A stretch of 64,000 bases of DNA, taken from the IMG/VR virus record IMGVR_UViG_2974696732_000001; one strand, 5' to 3'. Source of the stretch: a virus. Its lineage: Duplodnaviria > Heunggongvirae > Uroviricota > Caudoviricetes. The position numbers and the translations under genes were made by a program. Below are positions 45,150 through 54,075 of the stretch, in pieces. The notes below the pieces were generated by a model that was not told the DNA's origin, searched no databases, and saw only the letters and a program-made list of their open reading frames with translations. How positions within the stretch are numbered: the first letter of the stretch is position 1; each line of letters begins with the position of its first letter.

Positions 45150-46055
45150 ATGGCTCAGCTTCTCATCCTCCGGGGCGTTCCTGGATGTGGAAAGTCCACT
45201 TTCGCTCACCAGTGGCTCAAGGAAGGTGAGCGGCGTGCTCGTGTAAACCGTGACGACATCCGTATGCAGTTCTTCGGTAAGGAGACTGGTGTGGATGAAG
45301 ACATGGTTACCAAGATTGAGCACCAGCAGGTAGACATGCTTCTCAAGTCTGGATACTCTGTGGTTGTCGATGACACCAACATCAGGTTCCAGTACATCAC
45401 AGCTTTCGTTAAGATTGCTGCGAAGCATGGCGTGCCTGTTGCAGTAAAGCAGTTCGATGTGGACCTCAAGACTGCCATTGAGCGCAATGCACACCGTGCT
45501 TCTCAGGGTGGTCGTGATGTCCCTACGCACGTCATCGAGAGGATGCACAAGTCTCTCAAGTCTTCTGGTCAGTACACTCGGAAGCACATCGAAGATGCTT
45601 GGGGAACTTCTCAGTCTGTGCAGCCTTACGTTCGGCCAGTAGGCAAGCGAAAGGTTTACCTCTTTGACATTGATGGCACTCTTGCCCAGATGTCTGACAG
45701 GTCTCCTTTTGAGTGGAACAAGGTTGGCAATGACGACCCCCGTCGTCAGGTTGTTCTGACTGCTCAGGCGCTTGCTGAGGCGGGCTACGAGATTGTTGTA
45801 ATGAGCGGTCGAGACTCTGTCTGCCGTGATGAGACAATTGCGTGGCTGGAGTTCTATGACATCCCCTTTGTTGACCTCTTCATGAGGGCAGAGGGTGACA
45901 TGCGTAAGGACAACATCGTTAAGCAGGAGCTGTTTGACAAGCACATTCGTGACTTCTACGATGTTGTGGCCGTCTTTGACGACCGGCAGCAAGTGGTTGA
46001 CATGTGGCGTGCGATGGGCGTAGACTGCTTCCAGGTCGCGCCTGGAGATTTCTGA
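45150..46055 (+). CDS. pnk: polynucleotide 5'-kinase/3'-phosphatase (T4 Pnk-like)
   Basis: P-loop GVPGCGKST kinase plus a HAD phosphatase DIDGTLA..SGR. Start trimmed to ATG 45150, downstream of the promoter at 45093-45121. Confidence 0.8.
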   Translation: MAQLLILRGVPGCGKSTFAHQWLKEGERRARVNRDDIRMQFFGKETGVDEDMVTKIEHQQVDMLLKSGYSVVVDDTNIRFQYITAFVKIAAKHGVPVAVKQFDVDLKTAIERNAHRASQGGRDVPTHVIERMHKSLKSSGQYTRKHIEDAWGTSQSVQPYVRPVGKRKVYLFDIDGTLAQMSDRSPFEWNKVGNDDPRRQVVLTAQALAEAGYEIVVMSGRDSVCRDETIAWLEFYDIPFVDLFMRAEGDMRKDNIVKQELFDKHIRDFYDVVAVFDDRQQVVDMWRAMGVDCFQVAPGDF

Positions 46056-46059
46056 GACT

Positions 46060-46086
46060 GGCGGACCTTCGGGTCCGCCCTTCTTG
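46060..46086 (+). terminator. terminator after pnk
   Basis: GCGGACC-TTCG-GGTCCGC + CCTTCTTG. Confidence 0.5.
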
Positions 46087-46097
46087 GGTAGAAGGGC

Positions 46098-46126
46098 TTG
46101 ACAGCACAGACTGAGCCCGATAGAGT
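46098..46126 (+). promoter_or_regulatory. promoter TTGACA-N17-TAGAGT
   Basis: Upstream of the lipoprotein gene at 46163. Confidence 0.6.
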
Positions 46127-46162
46127 AGTACCAACAACAACGACGAAGGGTCGAAACAAATA

Positions 46163-46639
46163 ATGCGTTCCAACATCCTGGTTCCGGTCGTCCTCGCTGG
46201 TTCAGTGGTTGGTGCTCTGGCACTGACTGGCTGTGCCAATGAGCCGAGTGACGGCTTCAAGGACCGATGCAAGAAGGCTGGCGGTACCATCGAGCGTGAG
46301 AACGACAATACGCTCGGAATGGCTCCTATGGCTTTCTCAAAGCCCGGTGTGCCTGCTCCGCCTAAGCCTGCGGCTCCTGCTGCTAAGGCTCCGACTGCGC
46401 CGAAGGCACCGAAGGTCGAGATTCCCAAGACTCCGAAGCTTCCGAAGAACGACGCTCCGAAGTCTGTGAAGACTCCTTCTGCTCCTCGCACGCCTTCAAA
46501 GGTGAACCCTACCTCTGGAAACGGCCTGGCGCTGGGAAGTGTCACAAAGGGAAAGACCAAGAAGAAGAAGTCAAAGCACGATGACAATGACTTCCTCTGC
46601 GTCAAGGACGGCGAGCTGCTGTTCGAAGAGGATGAGTGA
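46163..46639 (+). CDS. Pro/Ala/Lys-rich lipoprotein
   Basis: Signal peptide with an LTGC lipobox, then low-complexity PKxP repeats. Confidence 0.5.
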   Translation: MRSNILVPVVLAGSVVGALALTGCANEPSDGFKDRCKKAGGTIERENDNTLGMAPMAFSKPGVPAPPKPAAPAAKAPTAPKAPKVEIPKTPKLPKNDAPKSVKTPSAPRTPSKVNPTSGNGLALGSVTKGKTKKKKSKHDDNDFLCVKDGELLFEEDE

Positions 46640-46679
46640 TTGACAGAGTGCGTGCCTTAGTGATAAACTAAGTGCACAA

Positions 46680-46761
46680 GCGCCCATGGTGGAATGGTAG
46701 ACACACTGGACTGAGACTCCAGGCTCGAATGAGCGTCCGGGTTCGACTCCCGGTGGGCGTA
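46680..46761 (+). tRNA. tRNA-Leu(GAG), type II
   Basis: Anticodon stem CTGGA/TCCAG with loop CTGAGAC, variable-arm hairpin GCTCGAATGAGC, T-arm CCGGGTTCGACTCCCGG. Confidence 0.75.
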
Positions 46762-46768
46762 CGTGAAG

Positions 46769-46960
46769 ATGGGAAGCAGAATTCAGGTCAAATATTTCGT
46801 TGACACGAAGACCATGACCGACTATTCTGGCAAGAAAGGTCAGGCGCTCACAAGAGAGCGCGGTGGTAAGTGGGGAGTAAGGATTGATGGTCGAGAAGGG
46901 CCCAATCTAATCATCCCTGAAAGTCAGCTCAAGGAAGTTTCCTGGGAAGAAGGAGAATAA
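46769..46960 (+). CDS. hypothetical protein
   Basis: ORF 46763..; KOW-like. Confidence 0.4.
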   Translation: MGSRIQVKYFVDTKTMTDYSGKKGQALTRERGGKWGVRIDGREGPNLIIPESQLKEVSWEEGE

Positions 46961-46961
46961 A

Positions 46962-47192
46962 TTGCCTGACATGCCTTACATGGAACGAGTCGGACGACAG
47001 TTCGTCTCTGACATGACCGAGGTTCTGACTGGTATCGAACGAATAAATACTCTTCGAGCGGTGGCAAAGCCTACCAATCGAGAGAAGGCTGATAAGTATC
47101 TCAAGCTGTACACTGAGCAGAATCTTCCGCCAAAGACCATGGCGGAGTGGCGAGTGCTCCGTGACGGAATGATTAAAAGGCTTCGAGGCTGA
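46962..47192 (+). CDS. hypothetical protein
   Basis: 76-aa ORF. Confidence 0.4.
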   Translation: MPDMPYMERVGRQFVSDMTEVLTGIERINTLRAVAKPTNREKADKYLKLYTEQNLPPKTMAEWRVLRDGMIKRLRG

Positions 47193-47199
47193 GGCCCCA

Positions 47200-47270
47200 A
47201 CCCGCTTAGCTCAATGGTAGAGCGCTTGCTCGACACGCAAGAGACGTGAGTTCAATTCTCTCAGTGGGTA
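47200..47270 (+). tRNA. tRNA-Val(GAC)
   Basis: GCTCAATGGTAGAGC D-arm, anticodon stem CTTGC/GCAAG with loop TCGACAC. Confidence 0.7.
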
Positions 47271-47290
47271 CTCCCAAGGTAAGGAATGAA

Positions 47291-47491
47291 ATGGCTCTAG
47301 GTGATGCGGTGCAAATTGCGATGGCGAGCTACCAGCTTGTCTATCCTGATGCACCATATGAGTGGCTTGAGAAGGCTGCTAAGGAAACGCTCTATTGGAG
47401 CGCTCGGGTAACCAACCCGACTCTTGAGCAAATGGAAGCTCACGAGGCTCGTGTCCGTCACATGTGTACGACTGGAGAGTGGAATGTTTGA
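47291..47491 (+). CDS. hypothetical protein
   Basis: Trimmed from 47246 to clear tRNA-Val. Confidence 0.4.
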   Translation: MALGDAVQIAMASYQLVYPDAPYEWLEKAAKETLYWSARVTNPTLEQMEAHEARVRHMCTTGEWNV

Positions 47492-47687
47492 CAGTGATAG
47501 CGTCAAGGTTGGGATTCTGGTTCTGCTAGGATTCCTTGGCTTCGTCTTCGCCATCTCTGGCGGAATCGTTGCCAACACTTACCTTGAGAATCAGAAGGTA
47601 AGTAAGTGTATCTCTGCAAACAAGATTTGGGCAGAGGGTGCATGTGTGAACAACATCAACGAACTTCGGTACGTTGACAACGACTGA
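47484..47687 (+). CDS. small membrane protein
   Basis: Trimmed to the internal ATG; one TM helix. Confidence 0.35.
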   Translation: MFDSDSVKVGILVLLGFLGFVFAISGGIVANTYLENQKVSKCISANKIWAEGACVNNINELRYVDND

Positions 47688-47700
47688 CTTGTCAGTCCCT

Positions 47701-47776
47701 GGCTCTGTAGCAGAATTTGGTATATGCGCTGGTCTCAAAAACCGGGTCAATGCGGGTTCGAGTCCCGTCAGGGCTA
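47701..47776 (+). tRNA. tRNA with anticodon CAA (Leu-type anticodon, short variable arm)
   Basis: Acceptor GGCTCTG/CAGGGCT, anticodon stem CTGGT/ACCGG with loop CTCAAAA, T-arm GCGGGTTCGAGTCCCGT. Confidence 0.55.
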
Positions 47777-47777
47777 C

Positions 47778-48002
47778 ATGGAATATCAACTATCAGAGGC
47801 TCCAGAAGGTTATACCTGGGAGCTACAGACGACAGATGGTCCGTTCATGGGCACAGAAGGCGTGAACTACGAGCTGAACCTTTCAAAGAATGGAAGGGTC
47901 GTAGATACACGAGGAGTGTTTGTTCCAAAGGCGAAAGAGGCAGATACAGTCTCTTTCATCAAGGCTATGGAGCAGAGCATTCGAATGAGCCTCGATAACT
48001 GA
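47778..48002 (+). CDS. hypothetical protein
   Basis: Trimmed from 47724 to clear a tRNA. Confidence 0.4.
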   Translation: MEYQLSEAPEGYTWELQTTDGPFMGTEGVNYELNLSKNGRVVDTRGVFVPKAKEADTVSFIKAMEQSIRMSLDN

Positions 48003-48010
48003 GGCTTTAT

Positions 48011-48093
48011 GGAAGGTGAGCGAGAGGTCTCGCAGGTAGTTTGCTAAACTGCTGGGCTGTAAAAGGTTCGGGGTTCGAATCCTCCTCCTTCCG
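48011..48093 (+). tRNA. tRNA-Ser(GCT), type II
   Basis: D-stem GCG/CGC, anticodon stem GTAGT/ACTGC with loop TTGCTAA, long variable arm, T-loop TTCGAAT. Confidence 0.7.
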
Positions 48094-48110
48094 CATAGTA
48101 TAATAACCAT

Positions 48111-48419
48111 ATGGAAATCAATAAGCACAGAAAAGAGGGGAGCTTCGTCAGGCGTCACAGCTTGTCGCTAGCTCTCCTCTTTGTTTTTCTGGTTCAATGT
48201 GTCATTGTATGGTTCACTGGTTATTCAGACTGGAGAGCCGACCAACTGATACAGCACGCATCTGTTGCCATCTGGCCAGACTACCTGATACACTGGGTCT
48301 ACGAGATGGCAGTAAGCTTGGTTGCAGACACCTATGGTGCATTGCTTCTAGTGCTGTTTGCCAAATGGTTTTATGAAAAGGGTAGCCCAGAGAGCGGAGA
48401 TGAAAATGACTCTGATTAA
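48111..48419 (+). CDS. membrane protein
   Basis: 102 aa, hydrophobic. Confidence 0.45.
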   Translation: MEINKHRKEGSFVRRHSLSLALLFVFLVQCVIVWFTGYSDWRADQLIQHASVAIWPDYLIHWVYEMAVSLVADTYGALLLVLFAKWFYEKGSPESGDENDSD

Positions 48420-48606
48420 TTGTTCTCAGTGTGGCGCTCGAATGGCAGAGGACGACTACATGGAAGATGGTGTATGCGGCCTCTGCCTTCTTGTTGCTAT
48501 TACTGAGGAGCTGGGACTTTATGACGACCGAGGAGGTGTAAATGAAGAAGAAGTGGATTTCGCCCGGAACCAGACTGATGGACCGAGCGTACATGAGGGA
48601 CCGTAG
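48406..48606 (+). CDS. zinc-ribbon protein
   Basis: CSQCG..CGLC. Confidence 0.35.
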   Translation: MTLINCSQCGARMAEDDYMEDGVCGLCLLVAITEELGLYDDRGGVNEEEVDFARNQTDGPSVHEGP

Positions 48607-48740
48607 TGGAAATGTACATACGGGAGAAGCCCTCCTGCTAGCCCTGCTACTACATGCAAAGGGCAAGACGAAGCGTAGTCAGGATGAACTGACTGACGTT
48701 AGCAAGATTATGAAGGACAGAAACCTACCAAAGGAGAAGC

Positions 48741-49100
48741 GTGGCAACGGGCGAAGGGCCAGTCGAGGTAACCAGGCTTGAGTGGCATTACCTTGAACTG
48801 CAAGAGTTTGTAAAGAATCTCTGGGGCGTAGAATGGGAGGGTGGAGCTGCAATGGGCTTCCCTGCTCAAGATACGTATTACGATGTCGAAGTAGACTATG
48901 GCGTCCAAGAAGGTGACGAACTCAAACTATGGATTGATGACTACACCTTCGAAGAAGCCAAGGCAGCTATTGAAAAGTTCAAGGCTGAGGGTATGCCTCG
49001 TGAAGAGTATGCCGAGCCTGGCGCTCAACTTCTGCTTAATTGGCTAAGCTACGAGGGGCACATTCCTGCTGGCAATTACCGCATTTTGGTGTGGTGGTAA
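48741..49100 (+). CDS. hypothetical protein
   Basis: 119-aa ORF. Confidence 0.45.
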   Translation: MATGEGPVEVTRLEWHYLELQEFVKNLWGVEWEGGAAMGFPAQDTYYDVEVDYGVQEGDELKLWIDDYTFEEAKAAIEKFKAEGMPREEYAEPGAQLLLNWLSYEGHIPAGNYRILVWW

Positions 49101-49357
49101 TGGGCTGGGCAGGAGGAACAAGCTACTTTGACGGACCTCTAGACCTCATGCTAGAGTATGTCCCAGAAGACAAGCGCAAGGAAGTCATTGAGAAGCTGTA
49201 CCGCACCATCAGAGATGGTGACTGGGATACAGTGGATGAGTCTTCCTACTTCAACTTGCTTGTGAAGTATGATATTGATGGGTATGGTGAATACAAAACC
49301 GACCCTGACTATCTTGCTGAACTCACAGAAGAAGAATTGGCAGAGCTAAATGACTAA
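49100..49357 (+). CDS. hypothetical protein
   Basis: Trimmed from 49040. Confidence 0.4.
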   Translation: MGWAGGTSYFDGPLDLMLEYVPEDKRKEVIEKLYRTIRDGDWDTVDESSYFNLLVKYDIDGYGEYKTDPDYLAELTEEELAELND

Positions 49358-49661
49358 CTATGTACAGCAGATTAAGGACGCTCTCAAAGAGTTGCATCCA
49401 CGGATGGACTCAGAGCTGCTTGACGTGTATGCTTTGCTTGTGCTGGTAAAAGGAGAGGACGTTACTCTTAAGGACGTTCACGATGCGTGGTCAGTCTGGA
49501 AGAATAACACCCGTCCAGACCACCGTTCATTGATTGAATTCGATGAATTGACTCCAGAAGTACAGGCTCTTGACCAGAAGTATGCTGACAGCATCAGACT
49601 GGTTGCAAAAATCAAGGAGGCTGTGAGTGCGTACAAGGCAAAGGAATCTGGCACGCTGTAG
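49350..49661 (+). CDS. hypothetical protein
   Basis: 103-aa ORF. Confidence 0.45.
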   Translation: MTNYVQQIKDALKELHPRMDSELLDVYALLVLVKGEDVTLKDVHDAWSVWKNNTRPDHRSLIEFDELTPEVQALDQKYADSIRLVAKIKEAVSAYKAKESGTL

Positions 49662-50029
49662 ATGTGGGAGGCCAATTCTTATTGGCCACCTGCGCAAGTA
49701 CAACGGCAATGACATCAAACTTTGCCCGGCATGTAATGCTGAGGCCATGATTGAGGAGATTAGGAATCGTGACAGGTCCGAGGGCCTTGACAGCACTGAT
49801 TCTGACGGGTACGATTCTTAACATAGTGTTCCTCGCACTCGCTGCACAGGCAATTAATAGCACGATAGAAGAAATCGGCAATGACATACAGCGAAATGCG
49901 TGTAGACATGCGAATCCGGAACTTGAAGACTGGTCTCAAAGCGACTATTGCAACCCTTGAAAAGGGTAAGTTTCGGATTGTAGATGAGAACGGTCATGTA
50001 GAAGATTTCGACCGGTACGATGCCGGAGA

Positions 50030-50437
50030 ATGGGAAAAGATACAGTAATGGGATTCTGGTCAGCAGTCAAGGATATCAAGACCATCGTGGCTCTTGAGGA
50101 GGCTGCCAAGAAGAATGACAGTGCTGCTCGCTACCTGGTGAATGTTCAGGAGTGGGACTGTTTCGAAGACCTCGTTCAGGAGTGGAAGCGTTATTTCGAG
50201 CAGTATGCTCGTAAGAACAAGGTGAAGCCTGCCGACCTCCAATTCGGAGGAAGTGTATTCGATTCAGCAATGAATCTGGATGGCTCTACTCCACCTGCCA
50301 AGCGAAGTGGTGGAAACGCAACCGCTCGTGCAAAGTATCTTTGTGATAAGTACGGTCGTGGTGATGGGCCTTCCTTCGGTGCCGCAATGGCTGAGGGCCT
50401 GCACCTTGCCAAGGGTGGCCGTAGCAACTACAGGTGA
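50030..50437 (+). CDS. hypothetical protein
   Basis: 135-aa ORF. Confidence 0.45.
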   Translation: MGKDTVMGFWSAVKDIKTIVALEEAAKKNDSAARYLVNVQEWDCFEDLVQEWKRYFEQYARKNKVKPADLQFGGSVFDSAMNLDGSTPPAKRSGGNATARAKYLCDKYGRGDGPSFGAAMAEGLHLAKGGRSNYR

Positions 50438-50443
50438 GTTGAC

Positions 50444-50683
50444 ATGACTGACATGAAGCGATACGATGTGATGGTTCGGGTTGAGTTCACCTGGGAAAAT
50501 GAATACGGTGATGAACGAACAACCTGGGCCACAAACATCGGTCAGTATACGTCAAACAATCCTGACTCACTGCCTGAGTACGTGGCAGCACACCACATAA
50601 AGTTTGAACCTCCTGGAGGGGAAAACGTAAGGCGAGTGCTGTTCTCAGAAATCACACAATATACTCTCAACGAGGTGGACTAA
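50444..50683 (+). CDS. hypothetical protein
   Basis: 79-aa ORF. Confidence 0.45.
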   Translation: MTDMKRYDVMVRVEFTWENEYGDERTTWATNIGQYTSNNPDSLPEYVAAHHIKFEPPGGENVRRVLFSEITQYTLNEVD

Positions 50684-50702
50684 TGTTCAAAGGAGAAGCT
50701 TA

Positions 50703-50733
50703 CCGGTCTTTCTAACAAAGACCGGGCTTTTCT
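50703..50733 (+). terminator. rho-independent terminator
   Basis: CCGGTCTTT-CTAAC-AAAGACCGG + GCTTTTCTG. Confidence 0.6.
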
Positions 50734-50743
50734 GTCTCTAGCC

Positions 50744-51058
50744 ATGGAACTTAGTTTGAAGAGTAACATGAAGCAGAGGCATGGAGCTGTCGTAGTAAAG
50801 GGAGGTCGAGTCCTCTCACGTGGCTGGAACATATTGAAGAATGACCCGAACAACGTGAGCCACGAACACATTACCCGTTTTTGCTCGGTACATGCTGAGC
50901 GCATGGCGCTGGCACGCTGCAAGAACGCTGTTGGTGCTACTGTTTACGTGGCACGAAACAAGTCCGGCAGAGCATGTCACTCCAAGCCTTGTGATGCATG
51001 TCATGCTGCTCTCGAAGCGGCCGGTGTTGCAAGGGTTGTGTACACGACTGGGCTCTGA
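50744..51058 (+). CDS. cytidine/deoxycytidylate deaminase-like zinc enzyme
   Basis: HAERMAL and PCDACHAAL form the CDA-fold zinc ligand pattern H(A/C)E...PCxxC. Confidence 0.6.
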   Translation: MELSLKSNMKQRHGAVVVKGGRVLSRGWNILKNDPNNVSHEHITRFCSVHAERMALARCKNAVGATVYVARNKSGRACHSKPCDACHAALEAAGVARVVYTTGL

Positions 51059-51104
51059 TAGACTCAACTACGTAAGCGGCTCACAACTACCAAGGAGATG
51101 AATC

Positions 51105-53015
51105 ATGGAGCCTACTGCTATTTACGCCGAGCGCAAGGGTAACCTTGCTGGTGAGACCGTCGCAATGAGCGTTGATGCTGCAAGCATGGCGCACGTCATG
51201 AGCATCCTGACCGACCTCTATTCAGACCCTGTTCTGGCTGTCATTCGGGAATACAGCACCAATGCCTTTGACTCTCACGTTGAGGCTGGTGTCAGTAAGC
51301 CCATCGAGGTCTCTCTTCCCAATGCAATGTCTCCCTTCTTCAAGGTTCGAGACTACGGTGTTGGACTGTCTGTTGAAGACATTCGCAATGTCTATTCCAA
51401 GTACGGTGCTTCCACCAAGCGTTCCACCAATGAGCAGGTTGGTATGCTTGGCCTGGGATGCAAGTCTGCATTGACCTACACTCAGCAGTTCACTGTTCGT
51501 TCTGTCAAGGATGGGCAGATGGCTCACGTTGCCATTTCTCGTACTGAGGATGGCTCTGGTGTCATGCAGGTTGTTCACACTCAGGAGGTGGACGAGCCGA
51601 ATGGTGTGGAGATTTCTGTTCCTGTCCACCGTCAGAACGATTTCGAATGGAAGGCCAAGGAATTCTTCAAGTTCTGGGAGCCTGGCACCGTTCTGATTGA
51701 TGGTGTTGAGCCTGCCCGATTTGATGGTCTCAAGCTGAGCGAGAACATCACCCTTGTTGAAGGCAGCAATACGGATTACATTGTCATGGGCAATGTTGGC
51801 TATCGAGTCAGCAATGAACATACTCTGTATCGACCCCAGAATGGCTATTACTACAGCCGTAACTTTGGCATCATTGCCAAGGTTGCCATTGGTTCTGTGA
51901 ACTTCACGCCTTCTCGTGAAGACCTTCACTACACCGAGCACACTTTGAAGACGCTTGAGGGTGTTCGTGAGGAAATCAAGAATGCTTTCGTTGACACCAT
52001 TCAGGCTGCCGTTGATGCAAAGCCTGACCACCCTTCTGCTCGTGCTGAGTGGGAGAAGTGGCGTCAGCTTTCTGGCCTCAATCAGGATGCCATCACCTAC
52101 AAGGGTGAGCGCATTCCGACTGAAATTTCTCAGCCTCACATTCGGTACCGACAGGACTACGGCCGGAATTCTGTGAATTTTCATCACAGCATTCGTTTCA
52201 ATGAGGTCAGTCGATACGTCCTTATTAGCGGATATGAAGGAGAGCCCTCTACTGCTCACCGTGCCAAGATGCGTCTGTGGGCAGAGCAGAACAATGTAAG
52301 GCTTGGTGGCTTCATCATTACCAAGTCTGTCATTGAGCAGAAGTGGTTTAAGGCCGAGCACTCTGTCACGTGGGAAGAGGTTTTTGCTACAAAGAAGCCT
52401 CGTGTTCCTCGTACAGAGTCTGTTGAAACTTTCTCTGTCCTGTCTTCTGGTCAGCGCTATGCGCAGATGCAGCGAATCGCTGACCTTGACAAGACGAAGA
52501 CCATCATCGTATGGTCTAATGGTGACGACAGGTACGAGGACGTGATTGGCCAGATTGTCAGGCTTCACGGCAATGCACATGCTGTTCGTCTTCCCAAGAA
52601 TCGCTGGGACAAGTTCCTGCGTGAGAACGCAAATGCGGTAAAGGTTGATGACGCAGTTTCCTCCATGGTTAAGAAGGCTTTTGACAAGCTCTCTGACGAT
52701 GAAAAGCTGAGCATGAGCATCGACTACTACGACCGTGGTACGCTGATGCGACTCGATGCCAAGCGCATTGACGACCCTGAGCTTGCGCGGTACACTAGGG
52801 TGGTACAGAGCATCCGCAAGTCAGACGCTATCGACAACTTCAACGAGATTGTCGGCGTCTGCTCTCGACTGCACATCGACCGTCCTACGGTTGACAAGGT
52901 GGAGAGTCCCAAGGTAAAGTATCCTCTACTGGCTGCGGTTGACAGCGCGCTTGGTCTTGCGGCCGAGCATTTCTACCTCTACGCAAACACTCTCTACTCC
53001 AAGGAGAACAACTAA
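51105..53015 (+). CDS. rIIA: rIIA-like protein (N-terminal GHKL ATPase)
   Basis: Bergerat-fold N box EYSTNAFDS and G1 box DYGVGL. 636 aa, immediately followed by a gene of about 320 aa, as in T4 rIIA-rIIB. Confidence 0.5.
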   Translation: MEPTAIYAERKGNLAGETVAMSVDAASMAHVMSILTDLYSDPVLAVIREYSTNAFDSHVEAGVSKPIEVSLPNAMSPFFKVRDYGVGLSVEDIRNVYSKYGASTKRSTNEQVGMLGLGCKSALTYTQQFTVRSVKDGQMAHVAISRTEDGSGVMQVVHTQEVDEPNGVEISVPVHRQNDFEWKAKEFFKFWEPGTVLIDGVEPARFDGLKLSENITLVEGSNTDYIVMGNVGYRVSNEHTLYRPQNGYYYSRNFGIIAKVAIGSVNFTPSREDLHYTEHTLKTLEGVREEIKNAFVDTIQAAVDAKPDHPSARAEWEKWRQLSGLNQDAITYKGERIPTEISQPHIRYRQDYGRNSVNFHHSIRFNEVSRYVLISGYEGEPSTAHRAKMRLWAEQNNVRLGGFIITKSVIEQKWFKAEHSVTWEEVFATKKPRVPRTESVETFSVLSSGQRYAQMQRIADLDKTKTIIVWSNGDDRYEDVIGQIVRLHGNAHAVRLPKNRWDKFLRENANAVKVDDAVSSMVKKAFDKLSDDEKLSMSIDYYDRGTLMRLDAKRIDDPELARYTRVVQSIRKSDAIDNFNEIVGVCSRLHIDRPTVDKVESPKVKYPLLAAVDSALGLAAEHFYLYANTLYSKENN

Positions 53016-53981
53016 ATGTCCAACCTCCAGTACAGCCTGATTCGCAACTCTGGTGGAGAGGTCATCACCGTTTTCGCAAACGGCGAGATGTACTCTGCAC
53101 TGGATACTCACCCGAACTGGGCTGGCATCAAGGCTGGTGCCGAGGCTGATGACCCTACGGTCATTGACCTTTTCGACATCGGCCGTACTGCTCAGATTCG
53201 CTTCGAGCGTCTTTCTGAGCGAGTCACTGTTCGAAATGGCAAGGTTCACTGGGACAACGTTCCTGTGCATTCTGCCCTGACCGAGCAGGTTGTCCGATTC
53301 ATCGAGAATGGCCAGGAAGACTTCGGTCCTCTCGTCGCCTTCTTCGAGAAGATTCAGACGAACGAGAACGAGCATAGCCGTGAGCAGCTTTTCGACTGGC
53401 TCAAGATTCATGACTTCACGATTCTTCCCAACGGTAACTTCATTGGTTACAAGGGTGTTCGTGTAGTTGGTGACTCTTACGAGAGCATCAGCCACGGTAC
53501 TGCAATCAGCAATGATGTGGAGTACACTGGTGCCATTCCTAACCCGATTGGTGCTGTCGTGGAGATGCCTCGTGACCAGGTTCAGCATGACCCTGCCGTG
53601 GGGTGCCACGCTGGTCTGCATGTTGGTACCTGGGAGTACGCCTCTGGGTTCGCTCAGGGTGCTGTGCTCAAGGTCGAGGTGAATCCTCGTGACGTTGTTT
53701 CTGTTCCTACCGATTGCGGTTGGCAGAAGCTTCGTACCTGCCGATACACTGTTCTTGAGGTCATTGACGCTCCTGTTGATGGTCCTCTGGACATGGACCC
53801 TGCGATTGCCGATGATGGCGGTCAGGCTCTTTGGGCGGAAGCTGAGGAGCACTACGCTGACATGGCTGCGCAGAGCACCAATCCCATCGTGAAGACGATG
53901 GCTGGAGTGGTCGATACCCGTTTCAACCACCTTCGTCAGAAGCGTGATGCAAACGGCCGATTCATTCCTAAGAGCAAGTGA
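53016..53981 (+). CDS. rIIB: rIIB-like protein
   Basis: Called from size and position after the rIIA-like gene; no motif. Confidence 0.4.
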   Translation: MSNLQYSLIRNSGGEVITVFANGEMYSALDTHPNWAGIKAGAEADDPTVIDLFDIGRTAQIRFERLSERVTVRNGKVHWDNVPVHSALTEQVVRFIENGQEDFGPLVAFFEKIQTNENEHSREQLFDWLKIHDFTILPNGNFIGYKGVRVVGDSYESISHGTAISNDVEYTGAIPNPIGAVVEMPRDQVQHDPAVGCHAGLHVGTWEYASGFAQGAVLKVEVNPRDVVSVPTDCGWQKLRTCRYTVLEVIDAPVDGPLDMDPAIADDGGQALWAEAEEHYADMAAQSTNPIVKTMAGVVDTRFNHLRQKRDANGRFIPKSK

Positions 53982-53985
53982 TGTT

Positions 53986-54005
53986 GGGCCCCTTCGGGGG
54001 CCTTT
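53986..54005 (+). terminator. terminator after the rIIB-like gene
   Basis: GGGCCCC-TTCG-GGGGCC + TTTCG. Confidence 0.5.
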
Positions 54006-54014
54006 CGTCGTCTC

Positions 54015-54044
54015 TTGACATGGTGCTCTACAAGATGTTAGAGT
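54015..54044 (+). promoter_or_regulatory. promoter TTGACA-N18-TAGAGT
   Basis: Upstream of the metallophosphoesterase gene. Confidence 0.5.
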
Positions 54045-54075
54045 TAGTACAACGACGAACGAAAGGAAGGGCGTC

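Noticed and set aside
49787-49815. TTGACA-N17-TACGAT promoter-like match
   Set aside because: Internal to an ORF with no obvious downstream start. Left unannotated.
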